Assembly: GCA_001643675.2 (NCBI GenBank)
Contig: LSRY02000032.1
Location: forward strand, 1,126,041-1,190,040
Length of the DNA stretch: 64,000 nucleotides
Direction of reading: 5' to 3'
Origin: Monocercomonoides exilis PA203
Lineage: Eukaryota > Protista > Preaxostyla
Position 1 is the first letter of the stretch; every line of letters begins with the position of its first letter. The notes under the pieces were generated by a model. That model was not told the origin of the DNA. It did no database searches and saw nothing but the letters and a program-made list of their open reading frames with translations. A program made the translations under genes and the position numbers. Of this stretch, positions 35,693 to 47,150 are shown in pieces.

Positions 35693-37150
35693 TTACTTGC
35701 TCACGAAATATCCTGAAAGATCTTCTCTCTGAAGAAAATACTGCGTTTGATGTTGAGGTTGCTCAAAATAACTAATAATGATATCTTCATATCCTTCTTC
35801 TTCAAAATGTTCAAATATTTTCTCTTTTTCTTCATTGTTTTTCGATTCGTAATATTCTTTCTTCTCTTTTCTCAGCAAGCTTTCTGATAATGAAAAAAAG
35901 ATTCTCACAATCTTCAGCACAATTTCATTTGTCAACGAAAAGCAACTAATTTCTTTCAACAAAAAATCAACTGCACCACTTTGGAGGAAATATTCAACAA
36001 TCACGGTTCTGCAATTTTCAATTCTTGAAATAATATGAACACCTTTGTTCACGATTTCTCTGTTGAACTTGTCGGCAGCTTGACAGATCCCAACAATGTG
36101 CTTTATCAGCTCAACAAATTCTTTTCCTTCGTAAATGATATGGGAAACATATCTTTCAATAATGCCGAACCATCTGATCATCATATAAACTTCCTTTAAA
36201 CCTTTAGTACATTTCCCATCATTTTCCCAATCTACACATCTTTCCAGTTCAGCCAATTCTGCTGTTGTATCTTTTGCAAAATGAAGATCATATTTTTGAA
36301 GATGCTCGCTTTTGCCATTAAAGAACAACAATTTATCCAAAAATATCCAAGCTGATTGCTTAGCAACAGAGGTCAAGTTGTGATACTCCTGGTCATATTT
36401 AATAATTTCTGTGATCTGAAAAAGATACTTACCCTTTTTATGTTTCTGTTTGAAAAATAACATTCCCCATAAACATCGCAATCAAGAAATTAAACAATAT
36501 CACACATAGTTCATAATACAATTGCTTAAAGCTAGTATAGCATTTTCCACATCATTTTTTGCTTTTTCGTTCGTCTCTTTACATGAAGCACTCAAAAGAA
36601 GATAAGACGAACAAATTGAAAATATATGCTCTGATACAACACATTCACTATCAAAGCAGCAAAGCATAAAATAGCACTCACAAAGATCAATAAGAAATCG
36701 TTCGTTCTTTTCATGTTGTTTCTCTTCTTCATCAACGATCATCTGCTCAATTTTTTTGCGAAGTGAGAGGTAATTGAAAATTTTTTTGTTTATCCCTTTC
36801 ATCACTTTCCAAAATCCGATATGTTTCAATAATATAACAGCAAAAGTCCATGAAACTATATTTTCTCCAATTAAAAAGCGCACTTCATTGAAAGTTTCTT
36901 CCGAAATTATTGATTCGATTTCATCCTTTCCCATCATTTCCATCAATTTATTCAACTCATTTGCAATTTGTCCTTGCTCAATGGATGTGCAAACTTCCAG
37001 CTGAAGCAACTTTTCTTTGAAATATCAGAATTAATCATATAAGTATAATAGATATCGCTTTATTTTAAAACCTGAAAACATTTTCGTCAACGAAAGCTGA
37101 TCAACTGTCAATTCTACACCTATTGAATCGTCTATTTCAAATATATAATC
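35693..37150 (-). CDS. Member of a lineage-expanded alpha-helical (ARM-like) protein family; 5' end unresolved
   Basis: Introns GTTTTA(37071)..AAG(37015) and GTGTGA(36505)..CAG(36446) join track ORFs 36500-37009 and 35693-36481. Shares motifs with 57707-59187 (DLCEC, LALS, HNLT..A.QSA, L.SGA.D, EEEG(Y/F)EDII). Confidence 0.75.
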
Positions 37151-37510
37151 CTCTGTGAAAGCAATAGAAGAAAGAAGTCAAAAAAATATGTAAACATAAT
37201 GATGTTATTTCTTTTCATTCAAAATGCTTTTAATATACCCGAAAAAATATTCGAAAGCGAAATTTGTTGCGTCAAACCGAAGAATAAAAAACAATCAAAC
37301 TTCCCAATTTTTAAATTTTCGATCATTTTTTATTATTGTTATTCAAGGATGTATATATCATTATGAAGAATATGAATTTATCATGCTATTATTATCAATT
37401 ATTTATTAAAATACTTGCTTTTTGCAACAATCATAAATATTCCATATTTAACATTGATCTTATTATTCCGAAAATCGCTTGCTTTTTTAACAAAAAGTTT
37501 TTTATCGAGC

Positions 37511-40500
37511 ATGGAAGATCCAGTAAAGACAAAGACCTTACTTGATGTATGTGGAAACACATTTTGTTTTTTATATTTATTATGTAATTTTTTGTTTGCA
37601 TTTTAAGTTGAAAACTGTTGTGTCAGATCCATCTCTTATTTCTTTCACAACAACCTCTCTTCAATCAGAAACAGCATTGACATGCCAAACACTAATTGGA
37701 GCAGACAAATATGTTATACGTTTGAACCCTCGCAATCCAACGCAAAGAGATCAGCACAAAATGGGAGCAGACCTTGTTGCACCTCATCCCAAATCCAATA
37801 TTCTTGCACTTAAAGGAGGAGCGTCGATTCAAGTGTATAATTTCGATATTGGTTCTCGCTTGAAATCATTTAAAATGACAGAAAATGTTGTTTATATGAA
37901 ATGGCTTGACATTTCAACATTAGCTCTTGTCACTACAAACGGTGTGTACCATTGCACAATGGATGCAGAAAGCATCCCAGAACTTGTTTTCCAGCGCTTG
38001 CCGCAACTTGAAGGATACAATATCATCAATTACAGAGCAGATGCAAATAAGAACTGGCTTATGCTCCAGGGATCAATGGTTGATCCAGCAACGCAACGTC
38101 TTGTTGGAGCAATTCAAGTGTACAACGTATCTAAAAAGAAGTCTCAATTTTTACCGGGACATGCTGGAATGTTTATTCAAGGACAACTTATGGGAAAGCA
38201 AGTTCAGTCAAATCTTATGGTCATGGCGGTTAACAACAAGCTGTTAATAAATGAATTGGATGTTGATGCACCAGCAAAAATGATGCAAGATATTCGCTTT
38301 TTGGATGATAAGGATGTCCCCATTGCAATGGAATACAGCACTCGCTTTGGATTGATTTTCGTTATTTCCGCTATGGGATTGCTCTCTGCTTATGACATTG
38401 GAGATGCAGCTCTTGTTTTGATGTCAAAAGTTTCGCCTTCGCTTATCTTTTCAACAATCTCTGAAGAAACAGAGAACGGCGTGATTGGAATAAACCAACA
38501 AGGACAAGTTCTATCAATCACAGTCAATCCAAATACTTTGGTACCTTTCATCACTCAAAAGTTGAAGAACGTTCCTTTAGCTGTACGTATTGCAAGCAGA
38601 GCAAACCTGACTGGAACCGAAGAGCTGTTCACCGAACAATTTGAAGCTGCATTTGCTGCACAGAACTATCAGGAGGCTGCTCGTGTTGTTGCCTCGTCTC
38701 CTGGTGGTGCATTGAGAACTGCCCAGACCATCCAACGCTTCAAAGCAGCTGCTCCTATCCCAGGACAGGCATTGCCCATCATGCAGTACTTGGCATTATT
38801 GCTGGACAAAGGAAAGTTGAACGAACGTGAATCACTTGAGCTGTTGATTCCCGTTATGCAACAAGGACACAAAGAGATGGTTCAAAAATGGATGCAGGAA
38901 GGGAAAATCTCTGCTTCAGAAGAACTCGGCAACTTCTTACGTCAATACGACATTCAGTTGGCTCTTATTATTTACTTGCAATCAAAATCACATGAAAAAG
39001 TAGCTCAAATCTATTGCGAATTGGGAGAATACGAAAACGTGATCAAATACTGCAAGAGCAACAATTATAAAGCACCATACACTGAGCTTCTGAGAGGTGT
39101 TTGCCAGATTAACCCTGCTGGTTCTGAGCAATTCTGCAAGCTTTTGTATGACAACGCTCCAGAAGGACCTCTCATCGACATTGGCGAAGCGATGGAAATT
39201 CTGTTCCAATTTGATTTGATCAAAGAACTGACTGGCGTGATGGTTGGTGTTCTCGCAAAGAACGAGCCAACTCAAGCAAAATTGCAGACACGCTATCTTG
39301 AAATTCTGCTGCTGAAGCGACCGGACGTTGCAAATGCACTTTTCGAGAAAAGACTGTTTACTGAATATGATCAAGCATATATTGCACATTGCTGCGAAAA
39401 AGCTGGTCTCTATAACAGAGCATTGGAACATTATGATGCTTTGCCTGATATCTTGAGATGCATTGTCTTCACTAACAAGATGACGATGGAGTTTGTTACA
39501 AGCTACATTCATGATGTGAGCGAGCAGCGTGATGTTGCTATTGGTACAGCGTGTTTGAAACAACTGACAAAGAACAAGGCCAACCTGCCCTTGTGTGTGG
39601 AAGTGTGCAAGAAGTGCACAGGCGTCATTGATCCAAAAGAAATGATTACTATTTTGGAGCAAGGAGGAATGGTTGAAGCTGTGTATCTGTATCTTCAGGG
39701 AGTTGCTGCAACTATTGAAGATAAGGAGCTTGTTTTCCGCTTCATTCAATCTGCTGTGAAGACCGGACAGATCAAAGACGTGGAGCGCGTTGTCAGAGAA
39801 AGCAAGTGGTACGATCCAAAGGAAGTGAAAGATTTGCTGAAGGAATCAAAGATTGAACCAACAGCGCTGATGATTGTGTGTGATAGATATGGATATGTGG
39901 ACGAATTGGTGAAGTATCTGTATCATAACAACCTTCACAAGGCCATTGAAAGGTATGTGACAGGATTCAACGCTAAAGCTACACCTGTTGTTGTTGGAAC
40001 ATTGTTGGATGTCGAAGCAAACGAAGAATTCATTAACTCACTTTTGGGATTGGTGAAAAACGAATGCCCAATCGACCAACTTGTCGAAGAATGCGAACGT
40101 CGCAACAGACTCCGCATTCTGCAGCCATTCCTCGAGGCGCGTGTATCTGAGGACGGAAACACAGACCCTGCTTGCCATTCTGCATTGGCCAAAATCTATG
40201 TGGAGACAAACACAAATGCTGATCAGTTCCTGACTGACAACCAGTTCTATGATTCCCTCGTTGTTGGAAAGTTCTGCGAGAAACGCGATCCACGTCGTGC
40301 TGTTATTTGCTATCGCCGCGGCAAATGTGACCAGGAGATGATCCAACTGACGAACAACAATTCTCTTTTCAAAGAACAAGCCAAATATCTCGTTGAACGA
40401 AGGGACAAAGACTTGTGGGCCCAAGTTTTGAATGAAGAGAACCCGAACAGAAGAGCAGTCATTGACCAGGTTACATCATCAGCACTTCCAGCTTGCAAAA

Positions 40501-42924
40501 ACCCGAATGAAGTGTCTGATACAGTGAAAGCATTTGTTAGCGCTAATCTTCCCAATGAACTGATTGAGCTGTTGGAAGTCATCATGTTGAGAAAGAGCGA
40601 CTTCTCATCAAACAGAAACTTGCAAAACTTGCTTCTTATTACTGCTATTAAGGTTTGATTGGAGAAATCCATAAAAATTTTTTTCAAACATGATTTTGAT
40701 GAGTAATGATGAGTGCTGTATAACAGCCATATTCATCCGTGTTTTTGACGAACCAATGTTTGAATGATATCAAACTTTTTTCTGAATACTCACTCAAACT
40801 TTAAAAATTTTTTTGATATAACTTTTTATCGTTTATTATTGAATGACAAAATTTTTTTATCCTATTTTATTTTTAATGATAATATTTTTTTATGAATAGG
40901 CTGGCAGCAATCGTGTTAAAGACTACATCCAACGATTGGACAACTATGATGGAATCGAAGTTGCTAAGTTTGCTCTTTCATCTGGATTGAATGAAGAGGC
41001 ATTTGAAATGTACAAAAAGTTTGATCATCACAAAGAAGCCATCGGAGTTCTTTTGGATCAAATTGACGATGTAGAGAGAGCGTATGATTATGCTGTTGCT
41101 GTTAACACAAAAGAGTGCTGGTCGCTTGTGGCAAAGGGACAATTGGACAGAGGAATGGTCGAGAAATCGATCGACTCCTATCTCCGCGCAGAAGACCCGA
41201 ACAACTACCACGAAGTCATCAGCGCTGCAAGAGACAGCAATCTGTATGGTGCTCTGGTGAAATACCTGAAAATGGCAAGAGTGTTGAAGGAGCAACTGAT
41301 TGACAGCGAATTGGTGTATGCATATGCTAAGATCGATGCCCTTGCAGAGATTGAGGAATTTATTTCTCAGTCGAACCAGGCGGATCTCGATGGAATTGGA
41401 GAAAGATGCTTCGATGAACAGATGTACAATGCTGCTCGCATTCTTTTCAATCATATTGGAAACTATGCTCGCTTGGCATCAACCCTTGTGTGCCTTGGAC
41501 AGTACCAAGGAGCTGTGGATGCAGCAAGAAAAGCTCAATCAATCAGAACTTGGAAAGAAGTGTGCTTTGCATGTGTTGATGCACATCAGTTCCGTCTTGC
41601 GCAGATGTGTGGTGTCAACATTGTTGTTCAGGCCGATGAGCTGGAAGAATTGGTTCAATACTACACAGACAGAGGCAGGTTCGAAGAAGTTATTTCATTG
41701 CTGGAATATGCAATGAGATTGGAAAGAACACACATGGGAATGTTCACAGAATTGGGTATTTTGTACTCTCGCTTCAAGCCTGAGAAGCTTATGGAACATA
41801 TTAAATTGTTCCACTCAAAGATCAACATTGCCAAAATGCTTACGGTCTGCGAACAAAATCTGCAGTGGTCCGAGTTGTGCGTGTTGTACTGCCATTACGA
41901 CGAGTATGACTCAGCTGCCACAAAGATGATGGAACACATCGATGCTTGGAATCATGCACAATTCAAAGATATCATCCAGAAGGTTACCAACATGGAGATC
42001 TTCTATCGTGCAATCGATGTGTATCTTAAACAGCACCCAACATTGCTGTGCGACCTTCTTTCTGTTATGGCTCCTCGCATTGACAACACACGTGTTGTTT
42101 CTCAACTTCGCCGTTCTGGAATGATTGCACTCATCAAGCCATATCTCTTGTTTGTTCAGTCATCAACAAAACCAGAGATTCCAGAAGTTAACGAGGCTGT
42201 GAACGATCTCTATTTGGAGGAAGAAGATGTGGATTCTCTGCGTGCTTCAATCGAGAACTACCCAACATTCGATCAACTTGGTCTTTCAAGAAGACTCGAA
42301 GCTCATCCTCTTCTGAGAATGCGCCGTCTGGCCACATGGTTGTATACCAAGAACAAGAGATTTGCACACGCTGTGGAGTTGGCCAAGAAGGATCAGATGT
42401 ATCAGGATGCAATGGTTGCTACTGCAGAATCTGGAGACAAAGATGTTGCAGAAGAGCTTTTGCGCTTCTTTGCAATGGAGATTGAGGAGAAAGACAGAGC
42501 AAGCTGCTTCGCTGCCTGCTTGTACACTTGCTATGAGATTCTTCCACCTGATGTTGTTATGGAGGTTGCATGGATCGCAAATCTGAGAGATTATGCCATG
42601 CCATACTTTGTTAACTCAACCAAAGAGTATGTCAACAAGGTGAATAATCTTTCAGCTGAATTAACCGCAATGAAGGAGCAAAAAGCGAAAGAAGCCGAAG
42701 AGGAAGCTGCTGCTAAGCCAATGGAAAATGAAGTTATTACTCCGATGATGGGAATGAGCACATCTGGAATTACTTCAATGCCACCACAAATGATGATGGC
42801 TACACCTCCTCCTGGATATGTCCCCACACCCGGAGGATATGTTCCAACACCGTCTCCTCCATATTATGGCCAGAATGCAATGCAACCAGGCATTCCTCCA
42901 GCAAGCCCGTTTTATCCTCACTAA
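37511..42924 (+). CDS. CHC: Clathrin heavy chain (~1,701 aa); exons 37511-37546, 37608-40652, 40900-42924
   Basis: Unmistakable CHC motifs: SPGGALRTAQTIQRFK, VGKFCEKRDP, DLPNEL-like ANLPNELIELLE, NRNLQNLLLITAIK|AGSNRVKDYIQRLDNYD, FRLAQMCG, ERTHMGMFTELGILYS. Introns GTATGT(37547)..AAG(37607) and GTTTGA(40653)..TAG(40899), both phase 0. Confidence 0.98.
40701..40791 (+). ncRNA. Intronic box C/D snoRNA, U18/SNORD18-like
   Basis: Box C ATGATGA (40706-12), D' TTGA (40745-48), box D CTGA (40782-85), terminal stem GAGTA/TACTC extended by TTTGA/TCAAA. The D' guide TCCGTGTTT is complementary to the conserved LSU rRNA segment AAACACGGA, the known U18 target. Confidence 0.8.
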
Positions 42925-43412
42925 ATGAAAATGATTTGCTCAGTATTTGTTGAGCAATTTGGAAAAAAAAATATTAGTACCACCATTTCTGCTTATTTCA
43001 GTTTGAATTGAGCATTGGTTGAGTTATTTTAGGGATTACCAAAACTGTTCATATTTTGATATTTTTTTTTTTGAAAATTTACTTTTAGTTTTCTTGTTTT
43101 CTATTTCTTAAACATGAGCGAGACTATGATAACTTGTGTTTGTGTGTTTATTTCGCACTTAATTATTAAAAATATATTCCATTAAGGAAAATTTTGGAAA
43201 GATTGCACATATGCTGACCATTTTGATCATTGAACCATAATAAATTTATAGGGTTTTATTGAATTCTTTTTCTGACATTTGTAGTTGTTTTTGGGTTAGG
43301 ATTATCGAAAAAAATCTTCTTTAAAAAGTTTTTTTTAGGATATAGTTTTGTGTCTCGAATCTTCTTTTTGAGTGATTACTCATTTTTGAATACCATTATA
43401 ATTTTTCAATAA

Positions 43413-46400
43413 ATGAATTTGTTGTTTATTTTTGTTTCTGTTTTCTTACAGATTTCTTTTGCACAAGATAACAAATGTGAATTTAATGATTCATATCCAT
43501 ACAAACCGTCAGATGTTCTTAATTGCATGAAATCGATTCCTGTTTGTTTAAACTTTTTATTCATTGTTACTTTCCATTGCATTTTAAATTTTTTTATTTA
43601 TATAAGTATGATAAAGACGACTCAGAATTTAGTGTTATATTTGATAAGACGTTAACATTTTTGGAATCATATGTTCTGAGAGACATATTTTTGAACCCTC
43701 CAAAAGATTCAACTTTTGAACTTGTAGACATCTTTGCCGAGATGGATAAAATTAAAAACAAACATTATGAATTTGCATATGATCTTTATGCGGATATTTT
43801 TAACACGCTTTCGGAATATCACGATTATTTTGCTTCTTTTGTAGTTCCATGCTTAAGTGAATTTACATTTGTCCTACCATTTCAGTTTTCCTTTTCCGAG
43901 GATGCCACTAATGACGGATCAACTGTCAAAGTAGTTGCATATCCAAATCTTAACAAAGACGCATACTCAATATTTAATAAAGATGGATCCCCAAATCTTA
44001 TAAATTGCACAATTCAAGCAATGTGGGACAATGAAGGAGATGAAGAAGTTAATGCATATGAATATATTATGAATTGGGCAATCAAGAATGTTCATTTTTA
44101 TCAAGAAGATTACACAAAACTTAATTATGCTGTTCCATATGCTTTTTCAACAAGAGAAGGACGAAGATTTCTTATTCCTCATGATTCGATAAATATAAGA
44201 TACCTCGATTCAATGAACCAATCAAAATTTGTAGAACTTCCATTTTATGCAATTTTGGATTATACGGCCACAAATTTAGATGACATTTGTGGAATTAAAA
44301 AAAGAAAGTTTTTGGACAAGAAAAATCAATTTCAGAAAGAGATTAATTCTATTAATTTCATTTCTACATCAAATGAAGCTAATAAAAGAAAAGCAACCAA
44401 AGAATATGTTCCGCCTTCTAAAAGAAACAAGCAAAGCGAATTTGTTGCACTGAATTCTTCTTTAGATAATTATTCAGATAATTTATCAAAGCAATCTTCA
44501 CTTCACAACAATTTAAACTATTTCTCAAGAAATAACTCCACTTCATTATCACTTCAAGCATCTCCTTCTTCTTCTTCTCCTTCTCAGTCATCATTGCCTG
44601 AATTGCTCATTCCAACAGATTCAAATTCAGAACTTGAACACATCTACAGCGGAGATGATATGTCCTGCTATCACTTCAAGGACGAGTCTCTCGGTGTTCT
44701 TTCATTGCACGACTTCGACATGTCAGATTATTCAGAATATGAGCGCCATCTTCTTCATTGTGTCGGTGCCTTTCTCACTCGCAATGCCAGCCGTCTTCTT
44801 CTGGATTTGCGAGGAAATCGAGATGGGACAGCAGATGCTGTTCCACTTGTGCTGCGCTTTCTGTTTCCCGAATCTTTTCCATTCTCTCCAGTTCTGGCGA
44901 TGCCAAAGAATAGCATAAACGGAGAGCTTTCGAAGCTGCTGGTTGGAGACTCGGAAATAGCCATCCTCGACCCAGCAACATTCGAGCCACTTGAGAATTT
45001 CTATGCGGCCACAGTCGAAAAAACAATTGTGCTCAAAAACAACACTCAACTGAAGCGAAACTGGACGCAGCCATTCCGCCGCATCTGGAATAAGCATTCA
45101 CACATGGAGGAGTTCAAGAAGAACCACAACAAAAACCCTAATGAAAACATGTGGAGTGCAGATAATGTTGTTGTCGTGGGCGATGGAACTTGCAGCGGTG
45201 CCTGTGCATTGTTTTTGCACCATCTTTCACAGAGAAAGCTCGCAAAGAAAGTTGCCATTGGACACATTCCAAAGACAGCAGCAGACCGAAAAAGAGATGA
45301 GCAACAGCAAATTTCGTCTAATTCATCAAACTCTTCTTTCACACGGAGAATGAACACTGGCAATGAGACTCCTCCTACTTTTCGTATGACTGCATCTCCT
45401 TCGCCATTCCACTTCAGCGCAGGAGAAGTTAACTATTACAGGAAATACGGAAAGGGAATTGTGAACACTTCGAATTTACCGATTGGATATACGCGCAGCA
45501 CAACAGATCTTGTTTATTCTGCGCTGCAGGCGTTTTCACTCGATCCGCAGAAGCAGTATGAGTCTGCGATCGACTTCGATTCTGTGCTTGCAGATGAAAT
45601 AGTTCCGCTGTTCATCAATTGCACAGCATTCACATCGACAACCTTCTCAACAATTGTCTCAAAGATCATTCCATTCTACCGCAAGTGCTACGGATGGCAG
45701 GTGCTTCCACAACCTGAGCACTGTGCGTCAAAAGGAGAGCATGAGGTGTGGGGCTATCCATGCGATGCTCAGCTGGGAGAGTACAAAAACGACACATGCG
45801 TCTTTGCTAAATGCGAAGTTGGGTTCTATTTGAATGAAGACTTAAAATGTGTTGCACTTCCTGGATCAAAGCCAAGCGAGCCGCCGAAGAAGAGAACAAG
45901 AGGATTCATTATTGCTATCACCGGTGGAGCGATGTTTCTGCTGATTGCGCTGATGTTTGTGGCATTTTTTGTTGTATGGAAAGTTCGAAAACCAGAAAAA
46001 GAGGAAAGTGAAGACCAGAAAAAACTCATTGAAAATGGGAAAGAGATGAAAGGGATGAATATTTATGCAGAAAAAGGAGAAGATATAAACAGAGGAAGAG
46101 GAAGAGGAAGGGGCAGGGGCAGAGGGAGGGGAAGGGGAAGGGGTAGAGGAAGAGGAAGAGGCAGGGGAAATGGAAGGGGAAGAGGAAGGGGAAGTTGGAG
46201 TGCATTGAAGAATCAAAATGGCGAAGAAGAGGCAAGTTTTTGTGTTGATCAAAACAAAAGAGAATCGCAAGCAGGAAAAATAAATGCAGTTCGTTCGAAT
46301 TCTGTTCACGCAGACCAACAAACAGAACAAATTTCTACGGCATTACGTTCATTAGAAGAATTGGCGTCCACTGATTCTTCATTGAAAACTCCGCTCATTT

Positions 46401-46483
46401 CACACAAACAGGAGCTTTCTGATAATTCTTATGCTGCACTGACCGAAGAACATCAACCCAATCTGCTATCTATCAATAATTGA
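43413..46483 (+). CDS. Type I membrane protein with S41 (tail-specific/CPAF-like) peptidase-like ectodomain (~1,001 aa); exons 43413-43541 and 43607-46483
   Basis: Signal peptide MNLLFIFVSVFLQISFA; intron GTTTGT(43542)..AAG(43606); S41-like motifs LSEYHDY, RLLLDLRGNRDG, VVVGDGTCSGACALF; Cys-rich juxtamembrane segment; TM helix FIIAITGGAMFLLIALMFVAFFVVW; cytoplasmic (RG)n tract. Confidence 0.8.
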
Positions 46484-47150
46484 GATTTGTTAAAGCATTG
46501 AGTTTGAATATTTGTTTTCTTCCTTTTCGCAAATGTGAAGAATTTCTTGTGTACAAACTTATAATTCTCCTTTTTCTTTCCTTTTCCATTTTAACAGAAA
46601 AAAATGTTGATATTTGGTTTATTTGGTTGTTTAATATGTATTGTTTATGATTTTCATTTTTTGTGATGCATTTTGAGATTAATGAATAATGTGTCATTCA
46701 CCTCATAACATTTCTGAAGTCTTTTTGTTCTCCAAATTGAGTTAAAGAAAATATGAAAATTTTGATTGCTTTTAACTTTGTTTTATGGAACACTCAAAAA
46801 ATCGAAAAAGAAACATAACAGAAACCTCTAACATGCAAACTCACAACAATGCAAATGAATGAGATGTTAAGTGTATATGGTAATGATATAGCAACTGTCT
46901 GTTATTTTATAAGAATAAAAGTATGTTGAACACAAAAAATGATAATTCCATGACTCCTTCATCATAATTTGAAAGAATCCAAAAATGCGTGAAGAGGTAA
47001 AGATGTGGAAACAGTTGGTGAAATGAAGAGCACCATTTAAGTGTAAGGAAAATGTTTACAAGAAAATAAACAAAATGTCGAAATGACGAAAGATAATTAC
47101 TATACTTGTTGTGAAGTGGTGAGAAATAATTTGATATGAAATACATAAGC

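Noticed and set aside
40765-40781. snoRNA D-box guide targeting U2 snRNA
   Set aside because: The similarity to U2 AGUUUAAUAUC has a mismatch and is offset from box D by a T run, so the +5 rule gives no sensible target.
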